Below the pieces are notes generated by a model. The model did no database searches. It was not told where the DNA came from and worked only from the letters and a program-made list of their open reading frames with translations. From contig OZ320314.1 of NCBI GenBank assembly GCA_976226885.1, positions 120,466,001 through 120,530,000 on the forward strand: a stretch of DNA of 64,000 nucleotides. The letters run 5' to 3'. The position numbers and the translations under genes are program-made. The stretch is from Iphione sp. A-MEVVRFRX5. Its lineage: Eukaryota. Shown piece after piece: positions 52,278-62,000 of this stretch; position 1 is the first letter of the stretch, and each line of letters opens with the position of its first letter.

Positions 52278-53597
52278 GTGATAGAATCAATGAAACAACT
52301 AACAGAGAAGATGACGCGAGAGAGGGAATCTTTCATCAAGAAATATCACCTACAACTTCCAACAACCCCAGTCCCACCAACGAGAAAGATGCACGTCCGC
52401 TGTTCAGTGTTTGGTAAAACATTAGCAACCTCTTCAGAATTTAATATCAATAGTAGATGCGAGGAGAAGCTGCACCCTTCAGGGCTTCAAAGAAGAAACA
52501 TCCATGAATGCCCTTCACTGCGTGAGGCACCTTATTCAGAGTTTAATGATGTTTTTGCCCATGCATATGATTTCCAAAAGGCAGATAATAATGATAGTAG
52601 TCATAAAGTAAAGACAGCACTAGAAAATAACAATTTGCATGGTTTGGAACAGACAGACAACAGTGTTGGTGTTAGTAAATGCGAGGGGGAGACAGGTAAT
52701 AATGGTAGTAAGCATGGAAAAAAATAAAAACCAGAGTTTAACAATATTTTTGAACATGTATATGCATTGCGAGAGCTAGATAAGAGTCTTAGTGCTTGTA
52801 AAGAAAAGTCAGTCTCCCCGAGTGTGCAATGTAAAAATAGTATTAAGGAACAACTGGGTCCTTCAGGTATGCAACAGAAAAAGAACTCTAAGCATTATTT
52901 AGACTCTGGTTATTTTTCAGAAGAAGATTTAAACATTGTTTTTGATCGTGCATGCAGTGTCCAAAAGTCAGGGAACAGAGTTAATCATTGCGACAAAACT
53001 TCAGAACCGTCGAGTGACCAGTGGAAAAAGAGCAGTAATCCAAAGCATTGGAAAAATAGTTGTAAATCAACTTTGAAAGGAAATAGTATTACTACCTGTG
53101 AAGATGAGTCAGCTAAGGTGAAAAAGAGTCATCAGGAAGACAGTTGTGAGCAAAAATCGGTACCTTTGAGTGAGCAGAGGGAAAATAGTTGTTCAACCAC
53201 CTCACAGGGGCACAGTAGTATTAGTTATGGGGACGAGGCAGCTAGGGTGAAAAAAGTAACTCAGGAAGACAGTTGTGAGGAAGACTCGCTACCTTTGAGT
53301 CAGCAGAGGGAAAGTAGTTGTAAATCGACTTTGAAAGGAAGTAGTATTACTACCTGTGAAGATGAGTCAGCTAAGGTGAAAAAGAGTTATCAGGAAGACA
53401 GTTGTGAGCAAAAATTGAGACCTTTGAGTGAGCAGAGAGAAAATAGTTGTTCAACCACCTCACAGGGACACAGTAGTATTAGTTATGGGGATGAGGTAGC
53501 TAGGGTGAAAAAAGTAACTCAGGAAGACAGTTGTGAGGAAGACTCGCTACCTTTGAGTCAGCAGAGGGAAAGTAGTTGTAAATCGACTGACAGCTGA
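52278..53597 (+). pseudogene. Ser/Lys/Glu-rich protein with 43-aa repeats, 3' truncated
   Basis: ORFs 52278-52727 and 52767-53597; 129-bp units from 53058. Confidence 0.5.
53058..53589 (+). repeat. Coding tandem repeat: 4 x 129 bp arranged as 2 x 258 bp
   Basis: agttgtaaatc recurs at 53058, 53316 and 53574, with alternating A and B subunits. Confidence 0.9.
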
Positions 53598-55144
53598 ATA
53601 GTCTGAATTTTTCCCTCGTTCTAAATCAAAGACATACAGACAATACCCTCCTTTGTAATCAAAGTATGATATATCAGGAGGTTCTTTCTGTTCAGGGGGC
53701 ATACATTCAAACAGTCTTGCATAGGCAGAGACATAGTTACCATTTTTATAGTCTGGTTGTAAAATTTGTCCTCTGCTACTTTGCCCATTTACTTGAAAGC
53801 CTAGATGATTAAGGTCAAAATGTTGAAAATTGAATGGATTTTTCTCATTATCTCCAGAATAGGCGCTGGCTAGCACAAATCCAACTACTAGCCGTTTTGG
53901 AATAGAATCTTGAAACACATTGTCCATGCTCCAGGTTAGATTGCCTTTAGAAATGTTAAATTACTTTACCTCACTTCGAGTAAATAGATACAACGCCATT
54001 TCCCTTTTTAACATGTCTGCTTGTGCCATGATCATGCCGGGATGAATTCGAGCATAAGGAACTATTAGTTTTGCGTCTATGAAATGGACTTTGTATGATT
54101 TAGACGTTGTGGCTGGTGTAGTGGCTGCCTGTGTCTTGTACAGAAGACGGAATTTTTCTGTGCTGGGATAGAGTTTTATGTTCAAAGGTAAACCATTCAA
54201 GAGCAATTTTTTCTGCTGACAAATATCCATGAAAAGTTTGGTTTTGAGTGTGAATTTCTTCCCAGATTTAGTTCGATCATACCTATCAGTCAAACCGGTA
54301 TTTCCACTGGACTTTGCCTCATGCTGATCCATTAGTAGGGCAATATCTTTATAAAATCCTGCCATTGCCATCCAGCTTTTTTGATCATTTAGTCCTTGTT
54401 TTAACAAAGCATCTAACATTACCTTGTAAGGAAAATTTGACCCAATAGTAGTGGTTATCACCTGTTGTTGAATGGAAAAATCTTGCTGCCTAAAGATTGA
54501 ACAAGCAGCGAAATTGATAAGTGTGACATCATTACTTGCTGTAATTGGTTTGTTTTGATCATTGTACAATTGCACAGTTAACAACAATGATATATCACTT
54601 AAGACTATGTAATCCGGTGAATTATTCACCACATCAAATTCCAAAGTTGATTCACCAGTCAGCTGTCCAAGACAGTGATAGTCCTTGTAATAAATATAAG
54701 GGTGGGGAGTTAGCTCAGTGGTAGAGCACTGGTCCACTGACTGAGAGGTCGCAGGTTCAATCCCGGGCCTGGGACTCCTGATCATGACCAGACAGATTTA
54801 CTGTAGCCCCAACCCAGAGTGGTCCACAACTCGTAAAAAGGCCGTGGGTGTATAGGATTCTGTCCCCTATGCACAAAAAGACCCCAGAAACCTATTCGAA
54901 ATAAGAGTAGGGGGCAACCCCGGGTATTCTGGTCTCTCAATTCTCAACAATAGATGGTAGTATGCTACCCCAGGAGGATATGGAAGATCCCTGTCATATG
55001 ATAGGTGAATATATTCCTGGTAAAAGATACAATGAAATGAAAATGAAATGAAATATCCTGTATTGCAGTTTCCACTGGTGGAGTGTTAAAGAGAGCCAAA
55101 CGATCATCAAACCCTTCTTCAGCCGTGTTCAATATATAGCTCAT
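53590..55144 (-). pseudogene. Polinton major capsid protein (double jelly-roll, PY), interrupted by a SINE and C-terminally truncated
   Basis: After SINE removal: MSYILNT..LALFNTPPVETAIQDIYYKDYH..STLEF; then FPYKVMLDALL, AGFYKD, DNVFQDSIPKRLVVGFV, KNPFNFQHF, GYCLYVFDL. One in-frame TAA at 53961. Confidence 0.85.
54698..55050 (+). mobile_element. tRNA-derived SINE with a Meta-like core and (TGAAA)n tail
   Basis: A-box TAGCTCAGTGG, B-box GGTTCAATCCC, core gtggtccacaactcg..aaaggccgtgg, TSD AAATAT (54692-54697 / 55051-55056). Confidence 0.85.
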
Positions 55145-55470
55145 TTTCTTCCTCTTCGACTCTTTCCTTTTAAACTAGTTTTCCTCAACTTTGAAGTTCT
55201 TCTTTTCTGCTTTGAATTAGAATTCCTCTTCCTTATGTTCTTTCTCCTTGACATCCTTGTTCCCGAGTGAGTCGGTTTTCTTGTTCGAGATGTTTTTAAC
55301 TGTCTCCTAAGCTTTTCTTTGGCTCTTTCCACTACCGCCTCTTCAGGTGTTACAAGTTTTATGTTACTTCCCTTTCCTTTCTGAAGAGTGTAAAAGGATT
55401 TAGCAACCTTTTGATCCGGAAGGTGTTTCCATGCTTCCAAATCTGGGACATAGGGTATAAAACTCATATT
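55141..55470 (-). CDS. Basic Arg/Lys-rich core (pVII-like) protein
   Basis: MSFIPY...KLVTPEEAVVERAKEKL plus an RK-rich tail. Its TGA overlaps the capsid ATG (ATGA). Confidence 0.6.
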   Translation of the reverse strand, partial: NMSFIPYVPDLEAWKHLPDQKVAKSFYTLQKGKGSNIKLVTPEEAVVERAKEKLRRQLKTSRTRKPTHSGTRMSRRKNIRKRNSNSKQKRRTSKLRKTSLKGKSRRGRK

Positions 55471-55532
55471 GAATGAATGTATGTATGTATCTTCTAGCGC
55501 ATCTAGTTTGAAATGACCTCTGCAACCATACA

Positions 55533-55913
55533 TCATTCCTTTTTAAGATGAAAGATGAATCTACACTTTCCCAAACTATGTCCTGATATGTTTTCATTGT
55601 CTGTTTTAATAGTGACATGCATTCTAGAAACACGAGACTTAGAAACTGGAATATAGTATGGGTTCTTAATCTCACCATCCTGATCAATTATTCTGGCTAT
55701 TGGGGCTGTTTTAGCCTGAATAATGCTTGATTGTAATAAATCACAGTAAATATATAATTCCTCATTCGGAATATGTTCTATTTTACATTCCACTAACGCA
55801 CAGCTCCATTTACCAGTCAATGCTAGTGAACTCGGGAGTTCGACTATGAATTCATTAGGTTGGTTGTTTGGATGGAGAGCCTTAGAATCATTCGAACTGA
55901 TGAAGAGATACAT
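55533..55913 (-). CDS. Minor capsid (penton-like, single jelly-roll) protein
   Basis: FISSNDS..HPNNQPNEFIVELP..L..GKWSCALVE motif; position next to the integrase. Confidence 0.7.
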   Translation of the reverse strand: MYLFISSNDSKALHPNNQPNEFIVELPSSLALTGKWSCALVECKIEHIPNEELYIYCDLLQSSIIQAKTAPIARIIDQDGEIKNPYYIPVSKSRVSRMHVTIKTDNENISGHSLGKCRFIFHLKKE

Positions 55914-55942
55914 GTTGAATGCTAGTGTAGGAGTACAGTGAG

Positions 55943-57046
55943 TTAATTTATGTCTTTAATATCATCTGCAGGTACCCATGAGTTATATTTTTCTCCCCAG
56001 CCAAGCCATTTCACTATGTAACCGACTTGTCCATTCATTTTTTTGCTCCGCACAATTCGTTCTATCTTGAATTCACTATCCTCTTTAACAATGACTTTTT
56101 CGAGTTCTTCTTCATAAAACCATCCCAGGGCCGGGTCATTATCCCAAGATTTTATACTATATTGCAGAATTCCTTCCTGTACTTTTCTGGATGTGATGGT
56201 AAAGATTTCTTGAGTCCATTTTTCACCATATGCTCTCTCAAAGGGAGCTCTGTAGCGTGCTAAATGAACACGGTCATTGATATTAAACTTGACCAATGTT
56301 TTATCTCGAGGGGGACGTTTCCTTTTCTTAGGGTTTTTCTCTTTGAATTGCTTTTTCCATATAACAACAGGATTCGCACTTCTTGCCTGATGAGGACTCA
56401 TCTTTATGCTTCTGTGTCTTGCATTATTGTAGCCTAGTGTTACATCAGCTAGCACATCAATCCAACGGTGTGTTTGTTTCTTTTGCATGTAACGCACTAA
56501 CTTTGTTTTTAGGGTTTTAATTATTCTCTCTGCATAATTTGCCTTAACAAGGTTAGTTGTGAAAAAATGAAGAATATCTTCTTGTTCCAAATAAGACTTT
56601 ACGTTTTTGTTCTTAAATTCAGATCCAGAATCCGTTCTCAGCTTGAACGGTTTCTGGTCAGAGAAAACACACTTTAGAGCTGTCACCATTTCCTTTCCCG
56701 TAAGGGATTTCAAAGGAACAGTCCAAACAAAACGAGTAAATATATCAACCAAAACCAAAATATAAGCATACTCATCATTCTTAGCTCTATAGTCATTCAT
56801 ATTCACAGTATCACTGTCCCATTGCTGATCCTTTGAGGAAACCACCACTCTGGGTCTTCTGACTTTCCTATTGACTGGCTTGTGTAACGTGTAAACCTCT
56901 TGTTCTTGCAACCAACTTTTAACATCCTTCTTGCTATAACCAAAAGGTCTTGCAGCTTTGTACAGTTCCTTGATACCTCTAAAAGATGCAGGATGTGAAG
57001 GATCAAAGTAAATTTCTGCTAGCTTGTCGTTCATAGTGCTCTCCAA
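55943..57046 (-). CDS. Retroviral-like integrase with C-terminal chromodomain
   Basis: IYFDP..PASF, YTLHKP, WDSD, LRTDSGSEF, AERII, and YIVKWLGWGEKYNSWVP. Intact 367 aa. Confidence 0.92.
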   Translation of the reverse strand: MESTMNDKLAEIYFDPSHPASFRGIKELYKAARPFGYSKKDVKSWLQEQEVYTLHKPVNRKVRRPRVVVSSKDQQWDSDTVNMNDYRAKNDEYAYILVLVDIFTRFVWTVPLKSLTGKEMVTALKCVFSDQKPFKLRTDSGSEFKNKNVKSYLEQEDILHFFTTNLVKANYAERIIKTLKTKLVRYMQKKQTHRWIDVLADVTLGYNNARHRSIKMSPHQARSANPVVIWKKQFKEKNPKKRKRPPRDKTLVKFNINDRVHLARYRAPFERAYGEKWTQEIFTITSRKVQEGILQYSIKSWDNDPALGWFYEEELEKVIVKEDSEFKIERIVRSKKMNGQVGYIVKWLGWGEKYNSWVPADDIKDIN

Positions 57047-57524
57047 TTATCTTTCCAATTGTTATATTTGTCTCCTTTTGTGATATCCATAGGAGTTTGC
57101 TCGACAGGTAAACCTGGAGGAGGTAAACTTCCACGTCCTGTGAGAATACGTTGCTTGGGATTACGAATCAGTGTTGTTGGAACATCGCGAAGGTTGTTGT
57201 AGAATAGAACATAACCCAAAGGTTCGAAATTTTTATAGTTACATAGAGCATCCTTTATCAAATCCGTGATGTGGCTTACCGAGATAACTTCACCATTGAT
57301 GATGATTTCACCATTCTCATTCCAGTCCATCTTTCTTTCAATGTAGCATAGTAATGTTTCAGCTGATCTCCGCTGGTTTTTTCCAAAGGAGCTAATATTA
57401 TTTCACTTTTTAACTTTTTAGGACTATCTCTTTCCTCTGCTGATTCATTTTCCTTCTTCAGGTTGCTTCCGTTACTAGCATTGTGTAAATACTGATCATA
57501 TGGAATTAATACCATCTTTCTCAT
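57031..57524 (-). pseudogene. Conserved Polinton small protein (PW-like), frameshifted
   Basis: MRKMVLIPYDQY followed by DWNENGEIIINGEVISVSHITDLI. Confidence 0.55.
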
Positions 57525-57591
57525 TCTAAAAGTTTAAGCAATTGGATTTTAATGCTCTGTAAAAGTTTTAGGATCCAGCGTCGGTTTATTC

Positions 57592-57840
57592 TTATGATCC
57601 TTTTCTTATACCTGTCAGATGACTAGTCCTCTTACTCAGACTAACAACCAGTCTCTTATGACGGGCAATCAGTTTCCTCACCTTCTCTGGAAGGGGTAAA
57701 TTTGAGAGGTTTAAGGCTATTTCACCTAGGGCTCGAACTTGAACCCGAGTGATGATATCTAACAAGTGATATGCTCGTTCTTTAGTAGTATCCAATAGCA
57801 AACGTATGAAGCTCGATGCACTCCTCAGTGTCTTTGACAT
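57592..57840 (-). CDS. Small basic Polinton protein (pX/GasderminX-like position)
   Basis: RALGEIALNL..LPL..K..L pattern and position between ATPase and integrase. Confidence 0.4.
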   Translation of the reverse strand: MSKTLRSASSFIRLLLDTTKERAYHLLDIITRVQVRALGEIALNLSNLPLPEKVRKLIARHKRLVVSLSKRTSHLTGIRKGS

Positions 57841-58361
57841 AGTTCAAAAGAGTTCTAAGACTCTAATGCAACTGAATGGAAATTACATCAACATTCATAC
57901 TAACTGGTCAGTCTCATTCATCCAATGATTGTGTAGCTAGCATTGTGCCCTTTGCAATTGATGATATACTAGGAAACAAACTACTAAAGGTGTCGTCACA
58001 CTCAGTGAAACCATTTGGATCAAATTTCACCATCTGTTCCAAAGTATTAACTTTTTTTTCAATTTTTCGCATATGATGACAAATTTTGAGTAGTATTTCA
58101 GTTGGGTATGATAGTATTCCATCAATCTTCCCTTACATAAATTCACATTGGGGGGAAAATTTCATATGTTCGATGTGTGGTTTGTCCTTTTCGCTCCAAG
58201 AATATAACTGAACTCCACAGTGGAAACACTGCACCGTATCTATTCCTCCCAGAAAGAAAAAACCAGATTCCACTCGGCTTGATGGCTGTATTGTTCGTTT
58301 CCATCCTGCAAAGGTCTGGCGTCAAACCTCTTCATCTGCAAACTTCTGAAATTTACTCATC

Positions 58362-58987
58362 TTATACTCTAGGAAGATACACAATCATGCACTGATCTGG
58401 AAAAATGTTGGTTTTCAGTTTAAATTCCTGGATGTTGTGTGGTGAGAGATCAACGAGCAAATAACCATAGGGAGATGTCACGGCATCTTTATAAGCCTCT
58501 TCCAAGGTTTTTTCCAATCCAAGCTGCCACCGAGTAACTTGATTTGCTGAACATCTCGTGGATTTTACATGAGAACAGTATAATGAGTATTCAGCATTAT
58601 AGATCTGGCAAACTTTCCTTGTTGGTATAAATTTTGTAAGATGAAAATAACTGTTATATTCTTGTGATGGGAACCTCTTGTGAATAATAGTTCAGCTAGG
58701 GGTGACTTTACAACTTCATTCATCAAATCATCCAAAATAAGCACTGTATGCCTGTCGTTTACATCATCGGGTATATCCAATCCTTCTCTGAACTCAATAT
58801 TGTCCATATCATGAAACATGCATTGCCAAGAACCATAGCAATAAATTATTTGCCCAGGAGGTATACTAAACATATCAGGATTAGATAACAGTTGTTTCAC
58901 CCAAGTCGTTTTTCCTGATCCCGTTGATCCGCACACCGCTATAGTGCTTGGACAATGAAAAATATAGTCTGGAATATCGTACATCAT
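58362..58987 (-). pseudogene. A32/FtsK-like packaging ATPase
   Basis: Walker A GSTGSGKTT, Walker B LILDD, RGSHHKNIT..QN, M*NPRD, YGYLLVDL. One stop and one frameshift. Confidence 0.9.
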
Positions 58988-59067
58988 GCAACGTAGATTC
59001 TCAACTGAACTTACTAACTCCTTTCATTGTATTATATTACTAAGCCCAGGATGCATTGTTGATCTTA

Positions 59068-62000
59068 TCAGTCTTTATTACATGAAGAACTTAAATAATC
59101 TTCTCGATCTTTCCTAAACTTTACATCGGTTTTTCTGAACATGCAAGATGAACACCGCTCCAAATGGATTTTACATATTTCCTCTGTGTATAATTCACAC
59201 AGCTCTTCCCATATTTTCCCTAACATATTAGCACCACTGTAACTGCTTGACACTGAAACTAAACGCTCCTTCATTCCTACGCCCCAATAGTTATTCATAT
59301 CAGAATATACTAAGGCTAAATCTCTGCTCCTTCTCAGTGCTCTCCTCACTTGATCATTGGTCCTCATTTTTTCCAAATTGATTTGTTTCATTACATTATC
59401 ACGCTGCTCTATCCATCTTTCTGTCAATTTCATTTTCTGTTCATTGATATGTTCGTTCTTTGGTTTATTTGCCAGTTTTAATTGGGAATTATATGCTTCT
59501 CGTCGGTTGGCAAAGTCCTGATTAAAAATATTTAATCGAGATGGAAAATCTAATGACAAAGGATGCTCTGATCTGCTAAACATGTGACAAGGAGGAATGT
59601 TCCAAGGACTCAAAGTTAAATCCAAAGGTTTAGTACTTATACCATCACTCATCACCTCACGTTTACAATAGAAATAGAACAACCCTGCTCTGGTTTGTTG
59701 GTAGGTAAAAATAGTTTTATCTTTAGCACGAAAGCCCTGATTACAGCTAGATTCAGAATGCTCTGTTTCCAACACTGTGTGATACTTTTCCATGGGAGCT
59801 TCAAGAGCATTTTTGTTTATCCCTTTACAGCTTAATTTGTAACCCTTATCATTTTTTAAAATGTAAGTTTTGCTACACAGAGCAATCATTTCATCTCCAG
59901 AAGCCTCCAATTTAAAAAGTCCAGGTGTTCTCTTATCATAAGAGCAATGTCTATCACAACATTCTCGTGGAAACCAATGCTGTGACGTGGAAATCTCCAA
60001 CTCCTTTGTGCACGAGTCATAGAGTTCAGAACTGTACTTTTCCTTCATCTCCTCTTTGATTACCGATTGAAGTGTTTCCCCAGAGATAGCAAAATATGCA
60101 GAATCTGAAAGAAATAGTAAACAGAAATAACTTTTGTAATTATCATCTTGTTAATGAATTGAACAAAAATAGCAAGTCAGATGTAATCTTATCTGTATCC
60201 ATTTCGATGTATTCGAAATCCTTGCGAGCGACCAGTTCATCCAAGCAATCATAGTACCACCTTAATATATGAAGTTTGGCATACTGTAGGATAAAATAGC
60301 CCAGATAAATTGGAAGATTCAAAATTATCTTCTTCTTGACTGATTCAACTTAAAACAAGTCATCATCCAGTTCACACATTTTTCGGAAAACTGATTCATT
60401 AGCTGCCAGGGATGCTTTTCGTTTGCCAGATACATAGGCGACTGACTGGTGTTTCTCTTTGTCCATAATCAGTGAACCATATGCACTGTTTCCTGTAAAT
60501 AAATTAAAACAGAAATGTAAATTAAATTGGATTTAAATGGTTAGCTTATATGAGAGCTCTTCCAATGAACTATATACATATATTGTATCCACCTACCAAT
60601 AAGTTTCATGGTTTCTGCTATAATTGATTTAGACTCATCGACATCCCCCATTCTTCTCGCCTGGGTGACCTCATCTTTGAAGGATTGGAAACAATTTTTC
60701 CTAGTGAATTCAATCACTTGATAAACACAAGTAATCTCCATGCCTTGTTGTAGATACCATTGCAACAAAGGAGTGGACAGTAGCACTTTTTCCGCTCTCA
60801 TACCACCAACCAGTAATCTCCTAGGCTTCTGTAAAATAGAATAGTACCTTTACTCGCAGGTTAATCAAAGGATTAAATAGAATGCAACATAGTGATATTC
60901 TAACATACCTCAGATAATTCACGCCGTCTCACATGATTTTGCATGTGTTCACCAATTTTCTCAAAGGGGATATCTGTAGTACAAAAGAGAGGTGACATCT
61001 CTTCAAAATAGTCTTGAGGCAAACACTCTTTTTCACATCCTGGTGACCATTGATCTGGAACCTATAATAATAAAAATATCAAAGCTATAAGTCACACACA
61101 CACACACATGTCTACTTACCTTATTATCTACTTCTACAGCACCAAAAAGTTCGTCATCCTTAACAGCATGAATAATTCTCTCCTCCATTAAAACACCAGG
61201 GTGTTTCCTTGAAAACGGAGGTAATATGTCCATGTCGTGCAAGCCAGGTTCTGCACGGTGTAGGACCTGGAAATCACACTCCCATATAACTTCCATTCTA
61301 TAGCCCAATGCCTTGATATATTTCTCTCAAAGCTCGCAGCGTTTTAAACATTTCACGCACTCTGTTTCATCCATTCTGCCTTTCTGACATTTTTCACATC
61401 CATGGATATAACAACCCTGAAACTCTAAGGTAATAACTTTACCACCAAGTTTATGTGACCATCTAATTAATACTTAAATGAGAAAAAGAAAAGGAAGTTT
61501 TTTTTTTTCATTCTTACCTCATAAACTGTATTTGTCTCAGAGCAGTAACCATCAACAAGATATGGACCAATTCTTTTCTCCCGTCCTCTGTTCAATTTGT
61601 GAGATATCTCAACTCTGTCGACTTTGGCTCGCCAATCCATCCATTGATACATGCATACATAACATGTCTGTTTTTCTGGGCGAAAACCTGATGATTCAAG
61701 TCGCCTAATGTAAATACCCATGGGCATCTCTTGACCAATTGCCCAGAGGTATAGAGCATTGGCATCAAATCCAACAATTTTCTTGCATTGTTTACCTCCT
61801 CTTATTCTAGAGTAGTTAGTTTTATGATGCCTCTTAAATATAATGGAGGGTCCTCCCATGATATTTTTCTTAAATGTTCTATAAAGGTCTTCATCATCAC
61901 CTCCAAAAATTTGGAAAAATGAATTTGTGGTCTTACAGTTTTGAAAGAGCAATCTCCTTGCAATACCTGGAACCGATATCGCTATTTTGAAGACATCTAT

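Noticed and set aside
53058-53589. CRISPR-like or satellite array
   Set aside because: Units are contiguous, a multiple of 3, and in an open frame with no unique spacers; the context is eukaryotic.
54705-54777. tRNA gene
   Set aside because: Has A and B boxes but no proper acceptor stem, and continues into a SINE core, tail and TSD.
57850-58360. Adenoviral-type cysteine protease gene
   Set aside because: The broken frame after the ATPase shows no His/Asp/Cys protease motifs.
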